64,000 nt of DNA from an uncultured Bacteroidales bacterium (GCA_964543995.1 CAZJBB010000001.1:2059-66058); one strand, 5' to 3'; shown: positions 10,165 through 20,253, counted from the stretch's first letter. Numbers and translations: made by a program. The notes: generated from the sequence alone by a model not told the origin.

Positions 10165-10716
10165 TTAAAGTGTCTGAACAGCGTATATAATTTCTTTTCC
10201 TGTATCGATAGCTTTTTCATTTTCAGGGATGAGTCCATGGTGGCGTTTGGGTAAGGATTTTTCCAAGCCTTTTCTCATAAATTCAGGTGAGATAATGGGT
10301 TTAAGCTTAAGAAAACCGCCCAGCACTATCATGTTAAATACTTTCGAAATACCCAATTTTGCAGCTTCATCAGCAGCATCTATTCTATATATATTAATGT
10401 CTTTACGTTCAGGATGACGAGTAATACCGTTACCGTCATAAATTAAGATTCCACCCGGTTTTACCGTACTTTCAAACTTATCCATAGATTGTTGGTTTAG
10501 GATAATTGCAGTATCATATTGGTGTACAATAGGAGAGCTGATTCGCTCATCGCTGATGATTACAGTTACATTTGCAGTTCCTCCGCGCATTTCAGGTCCG
10601 TAGGAAGGCATCCAAGAAACTTCCTGATTTTGCATTACGCCTGCGTAAGCGAGAATTTTGCCCATGGATAGGACGCCTTGTCCTCCAAATCCGGCTATAA
10701 TAATTTCTTCTGTCAT
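10165..10716 (-). CDS. 2-oxoacid:ferredoxin oxidoreductase, gamma subunit
   Basis: 183 aa. IIAGFGGQGVLSMGKILA N-terminus is typical of OFOR gamma subunits. Last gene of a four-gene operon. Confidence 0.85.
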   Translation of the reverse strand: MTEEIIIAGFGGQGVLSMGKILAYAGVMQNQEVSWMPSYGPEMRGGTANVTVIISDERISSPIVHQYDTAIILNQQSMDKFESTVKPGGILIYDGNGITRHPERKDINIYRIDAADEAAKLGISKVFNMIVLGGFLKLKPIISPEFMRKGLEKSLPKRHHGLIPENEKAIDTGKEIIYAVQTL

Positions 10717-10734
10717 GGTAGTGTTTTTTTTGAT

Positions 10735-11505
10735 TTATTCAGCCGGTACTTTAATGTCGCCTAAGGGATAGAAAGGAAACATGTTTTCTTCCATCCATTT
10801 GTTTGATTGAACCGGTGTCATTTTCCATCCTGAATTGCAATTTGATACAATTTCAATAAAAGATAATCCTTTATTCAGTTTTTGGTTTTCAAATGCTTTT
10901 CGAATTGCTTTTTTAGTTTTACGAACATGATTAGGCGTATGAACAGCTTGGCGTGTTACATAGCGAACGCCCGGAAGCTGAGCAACCAATTCTGTGATTT
11001 TCAATGGATTGCCCATCATTTCTACATCTCTGCCGTAAGGACAAGTAGAGGCCTTCATACCGGGGAGCGTAGTGGGTGCCATTTGCCCTCCTGTCATTCC
11101 GTAAATTCCATTATTGACAAAGAAAATGGTAATGTTTTCACCTCGGTTGCAAGCATGGATGGTTTCTGCGGTGCCAATAGCAGCTAAATCCCCATCTCCT
11201 TGGTAAGTAAAAACATATTTATGAGGCATCACTCTTTTTACACCCGTAGCCACTGCAGGAGCTCGTCCGTGAGGAGCCTGCTGCATATCGCATTGCATAA
11301 ATTCATAAGCCAAAACGGCACATCCTACTGGCGCAATACCCACCGTTTCAGGAAGAATGCCCATTTCGTCAATAACTTCCATAATAAGGCGATGCGCAGT
11401 TCCATGTCCACATCCGGGACAATAACTCAAGGCTTTTTCGGTAAGTAATTCAGTTCTTTTATAAACCAAATTTTCATCTTTAATTATTTCTTCTCTCGTT
11501 AACAT
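10735..11505 (-). CDS. 2-oxoacid:ferredoxin oxidoreductase, beta (TPP-binding) subunit
   Basis: 256 aa with CPGCGHG and GDGD...NNGIYGMTGGQ thiamine-diphosphate motifs. Confidence 0.9.
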   Translation of the reverse strand: MLTREEIIKDENLVYKRTELLTEKALSYCPGCGHGTAHRLIMEVIDEMGILPETVGIAPVGCAVLAYEFMQCDMQQAPHGRAPAVATGVKRVMPHKYVFTYQGDGDLAAIGTAETIHACNRGENITIFFVNNGIYGMTGGQMAPTTLPGMKASTCPYGRDVEMMGNPLKITELVAQLPGVRYVTRQAVHTPNHVRKTKKAIRKAFENQKLNKGLSFIEIVSNCNSGWKMTPVQSNKWMEENMFPFYPLGDIKVPAE

Positions 11506-11509
11506 ATTC

Positions 11510-12592
11510 CTATCCTCCTATAATTTTTTGTTCCAATGCACTTAATACTTCATCCGGATTTGGAATAACACCGCCAAACCTACCAAAGTATTCAACTCTA
11601 TTTTGACCGTTCACTGCTAAGCGAACATCTTCAACCATTTGACCTAGATTCATTTCAACCACCAAGAAGCCTTTCACTCTTTTGGCCAATTGATTGATCA
11701 CTTCTGATGGGAATGGGAAAAGGGTTATCGGACGAATAAGTCCAACTTTAAGTCCTTTTGCGCGAGCCATATCTACCGTTTTTTGGCAAATTCTGGCGCT
11801 GGATCCGAAAGCCACTAAAATATAATCAGCATCATCTACAGAAATTTCTTCATAGCGAACTTCCTCTTCTTGCATTTTGATATATTTATCGCGCAAATCG
11901 CAAACATGTCGTTCTTGCACATAAGGATCAAGATATAAAGAAGTAATGATGTTTCTTTCTCTATCGGCGGTTCTTCCGGTGGTTGCCCAAGGGGTATTTT
12001 TTACAATTTCTGCTTCTGTGAGTCGTGGTCTGGGCTCAAACAATTCTACTTTTTCCATCATTTGGCCGATAACACCATCCGTTAAAATCATCACAGGATT
12101 ACGGTATTTATAAGCCAAGTCGAAACCCAGTGGAACAAAATCGCACATTTCCTGAACAGATGCAGGGGCTAGCACTAACAAACGATAATCGCCATGTCCA
12201 CCCCCTTTTGTAGCTTGGAAATAGTCGGATTGTGAGGGTTGGATGGTTCCTAAACCCGGACATCCACGAACCACATTTACGATTACACAAGGAAGCTCGG
12301 AGCCGGCAATATAGGAAACACCTTCCATTTTTAAACTGATGCCCGGGCTGGATGAAGAAGTTATAGCACGTTTACCGCAACAAGCTGCGCCATAAACCAT
12401 ATTAATTGCAGCGACTTCACTTTCGGCTTGAAGTACAGCCATCCCGGTTCTATCCCATGGTTTTTCGGCCATGAGGTATTCGAGAATTTCAGATTGGGGA
12501 GTGATTGGATAACCGAAATATGCATCAGCACCTGCTCTGATAGCTGCCTCAGCAATAGCTTCGTTCCCTTTCATTAATTTGAGTTCTTTCAT
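11510..12592 (-). CDS. 2-oxoacid:ferredoxin oxidoreductase, alpha subunit (KorA/VorB-like)
   Basis: 360 aa. N-terminus LMKGNEAIAEAAIRAGADAYFGYPITPQSE is typical of OFOR alpha subunits. Confidence 0.9.
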   Translation of the reverse strand: MKELKLMKGNEAIAEAAIRAGADAYFGYPITPQSEILEYLMAEKPWDRTGMAVLQAESEVAAINMVYGAACCGKRAITSSSSPGISLKMEGVSYIAGSELPCVIVNVVRGCPGLGTIQPSQSDYFQATKGGGHGDYRLLVLAPASVQEMCDFVPLGFDLAYKYRNPVMILTDGVIGQMMEKVELFEPRPRLTEAEIVKNTPWATTGRTADRERNIITSLYLDPYVQERHVCDLRDKYIKMQEEEVRYEEISVDDADYILVAFGSSARICQKTVDMARAKGLKVGLIRPITLFPFPSEVINQLAKRVKGFLVVEMNLGQMVEDVRLAVNGQNRVEYFGRFGGVIPNPDEVLSALEQKIIGG

Positions 12593-12689
12593 GTGTAGAG
12601 GATTTATTTTTAAAAATTCTCATGAAATTTGCCTTGAGTATCTTCTTTTAGAAAGAAAACACCAGCATATTTCAAAGTTTAATTGATTT

Positions 12690-12917
12690 TTATTCAGCAG
12701 ATTTTGCTCTGTAAACTTCAATGGCGCCATCCGGACATACAATTGCACAATTCATACAGCCGGTGCATTCATCCGTAGATTCCATTACGTATTTGTAACC
12801 TTTTTTATTTACAGCTTTTGACATCGATAGAACAGTGCTAGGACAAGCGTCTAAACAAACTTCACATCCTTTACAGCGTTCAATGTCAATAATTAGAGCT
12901 CCTTTAACTTTAGCCAT
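12690..12917 (-). CDS. 2x[4Fe-4S] ferredoxin-type delta subunit
   Basis: 75 aa with two cysteine clusters, CKGCEVCLDACP and CTGCMNCAIVCP. First gene of the OFOR operon. Confidence 0.85.
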   Translation of the reverse strand: MAKVKGALIIDIERCKGCEVCLDACPSTVLSMSKAVNKKGYKYVMESTDECTGCMNCAIVCPDGAIEVYRAKSAE

Positions 12918-12991
12918 GGTAGTATATTTTTCTATTTATTAGGTAATGCAAAGAAAATAAAATTTAATGAATTCCTTTGCTTTTTTAATAA

Positions 12992-14314
12992 CTATAATTT
13001 AGTGGAATGGTGTTGATGGAATTTTTGTAAGCGATAAGCTAAATCGGGGAATTGATTTCGGTTAACCAGGGAAACACAAGCCCTTAATCCTTCCATTCTT
13101 TCGCTTCCGGTAATGGCCAATGAAATGGCACTAATCCCGTAATATAAAAATTCTTCAATCAGCTGTTCTCCCGTGAAACCCGGATAGGAAATGGTGAAAT
13201 AGAATCCGTCTGCCAATTCTAAATCTTCATCTTTATCGTAAACAATTTCAAATCCGTTATCCAAGAACATTTTTTTCATGACCTTGGCTTTTTCGCCATA
13301 TTCTTTTACCGAATCAACAAAATTAAACTTCCCATCGTTGGCAGCTTTTAACATGGCAGCCAAAGCATATTGTGCCGAGTGTGAAGTGCCTGAACTTAAG
13401 GAATATACCGTACCAAAGATCATGGCCCTTCCAAACATATCCGAGTTGTAATATTTCAACAAATCGGGAGCGCTGGTGTTGAATAACTTATCAGAAATCA
13501 CCATCATTCCAATTCTTTCTCCGGCGTAGCTAAATGCTTTTGAACTGGAAATAAACAGAATAAAGTTATCGGTATACTTTGCAATGGAGGGTTGAAAAGG
13601 AGCTACTCCGGGTTGGGAATAATCTTTCCTGAAATCCATGCAAAAATATGCCAAGTCTTCCATCACTACCACATTATATTTGTTGGCTAAGTCAGCAATA
13701 ATTTTTAACTCATTATCCGTAAAGCAAATCCAAGAAGGATTGTTTGGGTTAGAGTACAACAATGAAGAAATATTTCCTTTTTTGAGGTAGGATTCCAGTT
13801 TTTCGCGAAGTTTATCCCCACGGTAATTGTACACATCAAAACTTTCGAAAGGAATGCCCAGTACTTTGCATTGTTGTTTATGAACAGGAAAACCCGGGTC
13901 AAGGAACAGGGTGGTATTTTTCTCTTTATAAATTCTATTCACAGTCATAAAACATGCAAATCCGCCTTGCATAGATCCAACCGTCGGAATACAATTGTGA
14001 GCCGGAACATCCACGTCGAGAAATAGTTTTACAAAGCGGGAAATTTCCTTTTTCAACATAGGAACTCCGTCAATATCAGGGTAAATAGCTGCTACCCCCT
14101 TTTTTAAAGCTTCTATTTGGGCATTTACACCAATTTCGGAAGCCGGTATTCCGGGAACTCCCATTTCCATTCGAATAAATTTTATTCCGCTTTCTTTTTC
14201 AATTTCATCGATTAATCGTTTGGTTTCGCGGATGGAAGCTTTACCAACTGCCGGAAGCTTACTTTCAATGATTTTGGTTTTAACAATGTTTTGTGGGATT
14301 GGGGTCTCAAACAT
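12992..14314 (-). CDS. PLP-dependent aminotransferase (class I/II fold)
   Basis: 440 aa. SSSKAFSYAGERIG places the Schiff-base lysine in the class I aminotransferase context. Lies directly upstream of the OFOR genes on the same strand. Confidence 0.8.
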   Translation of the reverse strand: MFETPIPQNIVKTKIIESKLPAVGKASIRETKRLIDEIEKESGIKFIRMEMGVPGIPASEIGVNAQIEALKKGVAAIYPDIDGVPMLKKEISRFVKLFLDVDVPAHNCIPTVGSMQGGFACFMTVNRIYKEKNTTLFLDPGFPVHKQQCKVLGIPFESFDVYNYRGDKLREKLESYLKKGNISSLLYSNPNNPSWICFTDNELKIIADLANKYNVVVMEDLAYFCMDFRKDYSQPGVAPFQPSIAKYTDNFILFISSSKAFSYAGERIGMMVISDKLFNTSAPDLLKYYNSDMFGRAMIFGTVYSLSSGTSHSAQYALAAMLKAANDGKFNFVDSVKEYGEKAKVMKKMFLDNGFEIVYDKDEDLELADGFYFTISYPGFTGEQLIEEFLYYGISAISLAITGSERMEGLRACVSLVNRNQFPDLAYRLQKFHQHHSTKL

Positions 14315-14327
14315 GATAATATCTGAA

Positions 14328-15035
14328 TTAATTTGACAATTTATTTTTTTCGGCTTTTATAATGGCAATGGATAATAGGATTCCAAGAAAAACACTTAAC
14401 AAGGCTGCGAATAAAATTTGAAATTCATCAGGAAGTAAAAAAGTGATGGTATGCGCCGGAATCCAGAACAAAGGAATGGTTTTAGCAAAAACAAAGCCCC
14501 ATTGCACTTTCCAATCCAAGTTTTTGAGAATTTCGCCAAATTGAACGGGGTGCGCAAAGGCTTGGAAAGAGCCTTTCCATTGATGAATATGAGTATCGGT
14601 AATTTTATGAAAAGTCATCATCACCGGGGCAAAAACGATGTTCATGCAACAGCTTATACTGAAGGCTGTGAGAAATTTAGTTCCGGAAAAGTCTCCTTTT
14701 AAGGATGATTTTGCATCAGCAAGATTGAGGTACTCGAGAAAAGCGGGTACCCCATTTTTGAAAATTGAAAATGCAGCTACTATCGTAATACCCAATAGTC
14801 CCCAAACCAAAGCTTTAGGCAAAAGACCAAATCCTTTTTCGTTGTAGACTCCCTTTTTTATTCTCAAACCAATGGATTCTCCAACCGTAGAAAGAATAGC
14901 AAATTTAATGAAACCGGTTACAATGCCATGCTCTTTATTAAAAGCACAATAAAAATTATATACCTCTGAGCTGATAAAAAAGGGTAGCAAGAGTATAATC
15001 AGCAATAAAGCAAAAAAAAGGTCGTTTTTCTTCAT
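14328..15035 (-). CDS. integral membrane protein, function unknown
   Basis: 235 aa with about 6 hydrophobic segments. 13 nt upstream of the aminotransferase gene on the same strand. Confidence 0.55.
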   Translation of the reverse strand: MKKNDLFFALLLIILLLPFFISSEVYNFYCAFNKEHGIVTGFIKFAILSTVGESIGLRIKKGVYNEKGFGLLPKALVWGLLGITIVAAFSIFKNGVPAFLEYLNLADAKSSLKGDFSGTKFLTAFSISCCMNIVFAPVMMTFHKITDTHIHQWKGSFQAFAHPVQFGEILKNLDWKVQWGFVFAKTIPLFWIPAHTITFLLPDEFQILFAALLSVFLGILLSIAIIKAEKNKLSN

Positions 15036-15296
15036 TAAAATGGTTTGAGATTTTCTAATTATTTTCTCAGGTTGACAAATTTAAAAGGATTTTTGATAAT
15101 TCAAGGAATTGAGGAAAAATAAATCTTTAAAATTCCAATTTTCTTTAATTCTACTTTATTATAGACTTTTATCCATTCTTTTTATTTTAAAATGAAATAA
15201 AGGGGTTGGACTCCGGAATCAGAGAGAAGAATTCTGAAATATACATCCCAAATGCATGTTTTAAATCTTAAGTTTCTACCATGAATGATAGTTTTT

Positions 15297-15304
15297 TATC
15301 TTTG
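15297..15304 (+). promoter_or_regulatory. -7 promoter box TATCTTTG upstream of the TlpA-like gene
   Basis: Exact TAnnTTTG match 21 nt before the ATG at 15325. No clean -33 TTTG is seen. Confidence 0.3.
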
Positions 15305-15324
15305 CCCTATCAATATACTGTAAT

Positions 15325-16512
15325 ATGAAAATTACCCATGCATTACAAAAACTTTCCATCCCTCTAATCTTTTTAGTGATTATGGTTTCGTGCCAAAGCA
15401 AGCAAGCAGGAGAAAATGATTTTGTAGTCAAAGGAAAACTCAGTAATTCAAAAGGAGGTTTTCTGAAGTTGGAAGAACTTACGCCCAAAGAAGTGGTTAC
15501 TCTAGACTCTGTTAAATTGAAAGAAGATGGAAGTTTCTTTTTCCGCTATAAACCTAAGGAAGCGGGATTTTATTTTCTCACACTGAGTCCAAGTAATCAC
15601 ATTTCATTTGTGCTCAGTAAGGGTGAGACTGTTGAATATTTTGGAGATTACTCTGCCTTGGCAAAAAACTACCAAATCTCTGGTTCTCAAGGCTCTGAAT
15701 TGCTAAAACAAATCAACGACAAGTTGGAAGAAAGTTACACAAAGGTAGATTCCCTGAAAAAAACGCTGGAAATCAATAAATATCGCCCAAATTTTCTTGA
15801 AGTGAAAAGGCAATTGGACTCTAATTATATTCTAATCCGCATTCAGCATAAAAAATTCTTGCAGAACTTTATTGAATCGCACTTGAATTCTTTGGTATGC
15901 ATAACCGCTCTTTATCAGGATTTTGGAACTTCACATGTTTTTTCAGAACGTAAAGATTTTTCATTATTTGAAAGGGTTTCAATGTCGCTAATCTCTGCCT
16001 ATCCGGAAAATACACATGCCATTGAATTTAAAAAATCGGTTGAAAAGATTAGGAAAACCATGGAAGAAGAGAAACAAATTGAAAAAACCCTGTGTATCGG
16101 CTTAATGGCACCGGATTTTAAATTGCCCGATACCTCAAGAACCCAATTTTCCCTCTCGGCTTTGAAAGGCAAAGTGGTGCTGATCGATTTTTGGACAAGC
16201 GTTCATCCCGCTTGTAGAAATCAAAACAAGTTATTAGCCTCATTATACAATAAATATAAAGCAAAAGGGTTTGAAATCTTGGGTGTTTCTTTAGATAAAA
16301 GTGAAGCGGAATGGAAATCGGTTATTTATAAGGATAAAATGGCATGGAAACAGGTATGCGATTTTATGTATTTTGATAGTCCTGCTGTTAAGATGTATAA
16401 TGTGAGTGCCATTCCATATCTAATACTATTGGATAGAGAAGGGAAAATCGTAGCCAAAGGATTGGAAAATTTCGACCTTGAGAAAAAAATTACTGAGACC
16501 CTAAAAAAATGA
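15325..16512 (+). CDS. TlpA/redoxin-family thioredoxin-fold lipoprotein with atypical active site
   Basis: 395 aa. Lipoprotein-type signal ...IMVSC. C-terminal redoxin domain KGKVVLIDFWTSVHPACRNQ...GFEILGVSLD, where the usual WCxxC reads VHPAC. Confidence 0.75.
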   Translation: MKITHALQKLSIPLIFLVIMVSCQSKQAGENDFVVKGKLSNSKGGFLKLEELTPKEVVTLDSVKLKEDGSFFFRYKPKEAGFYFLTLSPSNHISFVLSKGETVEYFGDYSALAKNYQISGSQGSELLKQINDKLEESYTKVDSLKKTLEINKYRPNFLEVKRQLDSNYILIRIQHKKFLQNFIESHLNSLVCITALYQDFGTSHVFSERKDFSLFERVSMSLISAYPENTHAIEFKKSVEKIRKTMEEEKQIEKTLCIGLMAPDFKLPDTSRTQFSLSALKGKVVLIDFWTSVHPACRNQNKLLASLYNKYKAKGFEILGVSLDKSEAEWKSVIYKDKMAWKQVCDFMYFDSPAVKMYNVSAIPYLILLDREGKIVAKGLENFDLEKKITETLKK

Positions 16513-17255
16513 AATCAAAAATCTATTTCGCCTCCGATTGTCATTTAGGGGTTCCTGATAAAAAAAGCAGCTTCATCAGGGAAAAAAGATTTGTGCAATG
16601 GTTGGATGAAATTAAGGCAGATGCTTCAGAACTTTTCCTTTTGGGAGATATTTTTGATTTCTGGTTCGAATATACCTCTGTTGTTCCAAGAGGTTATGTA
16701 AGATTATTAGGCAAGTTTGCTGAACTTGCAGATGCCGGAGTGAAAATCCATTATTTTACCGGAAACCATGATATGTGGGTATTCGATTACTTCAAAGAAG
16801 AACTGCAAATGGAAATCCATAAGGAACCCATTGTAAAAGAAATGAATGGAAAGCGATTTTTAATTGGTCATGGCGATGGATTGGGGCCTCAAGATTGGGG
16901 GTATAAGTTTATTAAAGTTCTGTTTGCCAGTAAAATAAATCAATGGTTGTTTGCTCGTTTACATCCTAATTTTGCTTTTAAAATCGCTCAGTTTTTCTCA
17001 AGCAGAAGCCGCATAGCCAATGGAAATTCCGATGAAATTTTCCTTGGTGAAGAAAAGGAGCGATTGATAAAATATTGCAAAGAAAAAATAGCTCAAGAAC
17101 CATTTGACTTTTTTATCTTCGGACACCGTCATTTGCCTCTCGACATTCAAATAAGTGAAACTTGTCGATATGTGAACCTTGGAGAATGGATAAAATCTAA
17201 TTCTTATGCTGTTTTCGAGGATGATAAATTAATTTTAACCTATTTTAAAGAATGA
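16509..17255 (+). CDS. lpxH: UDP-2,3-diacylglucosamine diphosphatase
   Basis: 248 aa. Metallophosphoesterase motifs SDCHLG, GDIFDFW, GNHD, GHGD, GHRH. Confidence 0.85.
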   Translation: MKSKIYFASDCHLGVPDKKSSFIREKRFVQWLDEIKADASELFLLGDIFDFWFEYTSVVPRGYVRLLGKFAELADAGVKIHYFTGNHDMWVFDYFKEELQMEIHKEPIVKEMNGKRFLIGHGDGLGPQDWGYKFIKVLFASKINQWLFARLHPNFAFKIAQFFSSRSRIANGNSDEIFLGEEKERLIKYCKEKIAQEPFDFFIFGHRHLPLDIQISETCRYVNLGEWIKSNSYAVFEDDKLILTYFKE

Positions 17256-17258
17256 CTT

Positions 17259-17726
17259 ATGAAAGTAACTAAACGCATTGCTCTTGTTGCTCACGACAAC
17301 CGAAAAAAAGATTTGATAGAATGGGTAGATTGGAACTACAAAGTACTTTTAAACCATCAATTGATTTGTACAGGAACCACCGGAATGATGGTGGAACAAG
17401 CGCTTCAAAAAAAGATGCAAGCCAACGATAATTTTCGTTTCCCGGTTAAAAAACTAAAGTCAGGTCCGTTAGGCGGTGACCAGCAGCTGGGAGCCATGAT
17501 TTCGGAAGGGGAAATTGATATGATGGTGTTTTTCTGGGATCCCATGTACTCTCAACCCCATGACGTAGACGTAAAAGCCTTGTTAAGAATAACGGTTGTA
17601 TATAACGTGCCCACTGCTTGTAACCGTTCAACTGCCGATTTTTTAATTTCTTCACCCTTGCTCACCGAAGAATATCACCCTAGAATGAATGATTATATTG
17701 ACTATAGGAACCGAGAGATTAGCTAA
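17259..17726 (+). CDS. mgsA: methylglyoxal synthase
   Basis: 155 aa. IALVAHDNRKKDL...LICTGTTG...GPLGGDQQ is diagnostic of MgsA. Confidence 0.9.
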   Translation: MKVTKRIALVAHDNRKKDLIEWVDWNYKVLLNHQLICTGTTGMMVEQALQKKMQANDNFRFPVKKLKSGPLGGDQQLGAMISEGEIDMMVFFWDPMYSQPHDVDVKALLRITVVYNVPTACNRSTADFLISSPLLTEEYHPRMNDYIDYRNREIS

Positions 17727-17811
17727 TTCAAGGTTTTTGTACCAAGCGAGAAAAACTGAGACTCACGATTAAACAATATCTTTTCGTCATTGTTAATAAT
17801 AAAAGCACTTT

Positions 17812-18231
17812 ATGAATATACAAGAAATTGAAGAAGAAATCATCAGTGAATTTGAAGACTTTGAAGATTGGATGGATAAGTATAACTATATCATTGAATT
17901 AGGCAGAAGCTTGCCATTAATTGATGAACAATATAAAGATGATCAACATCTTATTTCGGGTTGTCAGTCAAAAGTCTGGGTTCACGCTACTTATCAAGAA
18001 GGCAAAATCAATTTTACTGCCGATAGCGATGCCATTATTACCAAAGGGATTGTTGCCATTTTAATTCGTGTATTAACCCAAAGGACACCTGATGAAATTT
18101 TAAATTCAAATTTTGAATTTATCGATAAAATTGGATTGAAAGAACACCTTAGCCCCACCCGATCTAATGGCTTGACATCCATGATTAAACAGATGAAGTT
18201 GTATGCTCTGGCCTTTAAAACCAAATCTTAA
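17812..18231 (+). CDS. sufE: SufE-type cysteine desulfuration protein
   Basis: 139 aa. The active-site context LISGCQSKVW is typical of SufE/CsdE. Confidence 0.85.
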   Translation: MNIQEIEEEIISEFEDFEDWMDKYNYIIELGRSLPLIDEQYKDDQHLISGCQSKVWVHATYQEGKINFTADSDAIITKGIVAILIRVLTQRTPDEILNSNFEFIDKIGLKEHLSPTRSNGLTSMIKQMKLYALAFKTKS

Positions 18232-18238
18232 TTTTCCC

Positions 18239-18559
18239 ATGGAAATACAAAATCCAAGCCCATTAGAATCGAAAATTATTGAAAAACTTAAGGGTATTTT
18301 TGACCCTGAAATACCAGTGAATATTTATGATCTGGGTCTAATTTATGGGATAAGAGTTAATGACCAAAAGGATGTACACATCATGATGACCTTGACTTCC
18401 CCAAACTGCCCGGTAGCCGAATCGCTTCCAAATGATGTTTATAATGATATAAAATCTATTGAGGAGGTGAACGAAGTAAAGGTTGAATTGACTTTTGAAC
18501 CCCCTTGGGACAAGGATATGCTTTCGGAGGAAGCCATGTTGGAGTTAGGGCTTTTGTAG
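18239..18559 (+). CDS. DUF59 / SufT-like Fe-S assembly protein
   Basis: 106 aa from the ATG at 18239. DPEIPVNIYDLGLIY...LTSPNCPVAE is the DUF59 signature. The longer track start at 18203 overlaps sufE. Confidence 0.8.
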   Translation: MEIQNPSPLESKIIEKLKGIFDPEIPVNIYDLGLIYGIRVNDQKDVHIMMTLTSPNCPVAESLPNDVYNDIKSIEEVNEVKVELTFEPPWDKDMLSEEAMLELGLL

Positions 18560-20215
18560 ATGAAGTTGAAATTAGTTTTAAAGTACAGTATATTTAGCTT
18601 ATTCTTCCTCGGCAGTGCTATTATAAGGGGTCAAACTGATACCAACACCAGTATTCAAAAAAACATTGAGGTATTTGAGTCCTATTTTAAAGCACTCAAT
18701 AACTCCTACGTTGATAAAATTAATCCTGAACGACTCCTTCGAATTGGAATTGATGCCATTGATCAATCCTTAGACCCCTTTACCGTTTTTCTTACCGAAG
18801 AAGATGTAAAATCTAAGAACAATGCTTGGAAAGGTTTTTTATTTACCGGAATTGGGGTGGGTTTATATCAAAGAGATAGTGGGCTTTGTATTACTGAAAT
18901 ATACGAAGCTTATCCGGCGCAGAAAGCGGATCTTAGGATTGGAGACTTGATTGTCAAAGCCGATACATTTATATTGAAAAACCTGAATTTCGCTGAATCG
19001 GTTTCTCATATCAAAGGGGAAGAAGGCAGCAGATTGCAATTAGAAATTATACGCCCCGGAATTGGAAAGATTAGAAAAACAGTCGAAAGAAAAAAGATCA
19101 TTTCCCCATCGGTACCCTATTATGGAATGATTAACGACAGTGTAGGTTATATTAAATGCACCCAGTTTTTGGAAAATGCGTATGATTCGATGCGCTTTGC
19201 GTTTTCTTTTTTGAAAAAACAATATAAACTATCGGGTTTGGTGCTTGATTTTAGAGACAATATGGGTGGCTTAGTGCAAGAAGCCATTAATACAGCCAAT
19301 CTTTTTCTTCCTAAAGGCAAACTCATTTGCGATTTGAAATCGGAGAACAACCAAGCGGCAAATTATTCTTACACAAGCCTTTATGAACCAATGGATACGT
19401 TAATCCCCATAGTTGTATTATCCAATGCCAACAGCATTTCAGCGGCCGAAATAGTATTGGGTGCTTTTCAGGATTATGACCGAGCTGTAATTATTGGGCA
19501 AAAAAGCTGGGGAAAAGGCTATGTTCAAGGAACTCAATTTCTGGCACAAAACACACAACTGTATGTCACTTCCGCTCGATATTACACACCCTCCGGGCGC
19601 TGTATACAAGAACTGGACTATTCCCATAAATACATCGACAATATGGTTAACAAGTATTCGGATACCTTGAAAAAGGAATTCTATACCCAAAACCATCGTA
19701 TGGTTTTTAATTTGGGAGGCATTCTTCCGGATATAGTGTTCGAAAATGTGCCTGCACAACCCATAATTCAATCCGTTTCTTCGGGAAATTGGATACGGGA
19801 TTTTGCGTCATTTTATCGAAACACCCATGATTATCTGTTAGATATTAAAACATGGTCATTGTCCGAGAAGGAATATTCAGCTTTCGAAAAAGAGTTATAT
19901 AAAGATGTCGAACACATAATTACCCCTACTGACATAGATTTGAAAATCATAGAGGAACATCAAAATGAATCACAGTTTACTAATCTTACCTCAGAACTTA
20001 AATCACTTCATAATAAACTTCAAAGAGCGAAAATTAAAGCCATAAAAAAAGTTAAAACAGAGCTCAGAATTTTAATAGAATCGGAAATAGTACGTTGTTA
20101 TTTTCCTCTCAAATATCAGATGCAATATAATTTTGATCACAGCACATTGATAAAAGAAGCGCTTCAGGTGCTATCGAATAGAAAGAAATACAATTTGCTA
20201 CTGAATAAGGAGTGA
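18560..20215 (+). CDS. S41 family C-terminal processing peptidase
   Basis: 551 aa with a signal peptide. PDZ-like segment IGDLIVKAD, catalytic Ser context NSISAAEIVLGAFQD and Lys context GQKSWGKG. Confidence 0.85.
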   Translation: MKLKLVLKYSIFSLFFLGSAIIRGQTDTNTSIQKNIEVFESYFKALNNSYVDKINPERLLRIGIDAIDQSLDPFTVFLTEEDVKSKNNAWKGFLFTGIGVGLYQRDSGLCITEIYEAYPAQKADLRIGDLIVKADTFILKNLNFAESVSHIKGEEGSRLQLEIIRPGIGKIRKTVERKKIISPSVPYYGMINDSVGYIKCTQFLENAYDSMRFAFSFLKKQYKLSGLVLDFRDNMGGLVQEAINTANLFLPKGKLICDLKSENNQAANYSYTSLYEPMDTLIPIVVLSNANSISAAEIVLGAFQDYDRAVIIGQKSWGKGYVQGTQFLAQNTQLYVTSARYYTPSGRCIQELDYSHKYIDNMVNKYSDTLKKEFYTQNHRMVFNLGGILPDIVFENVPAQPIIQSVSSGNWIRDFASFYRNTHDYLLDIKTWSLSEKEYSAFEKELYKDVEHIITPTDIDLKIIEEHQNESQFTNLTSELKSLHNKLQRAKIKAIKKVKTELRILIESEIVRCYFPLKYQMQYNFDHSTLIKEALQVLSNRKKYNLLLNKE

Positions 20216-20253
20216 AATATCGTATTTTTGCAAATTGACCGTGAATTATATAA

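Noticed and set aside
18203-18238. Upstream start for the DUF59 gene as listed in the track.
   Set aside because: It overlaps the sufE 3' end and adds a non-conserved peptide. The ATG at 18239 yields the typical DUF59 N-terminus.
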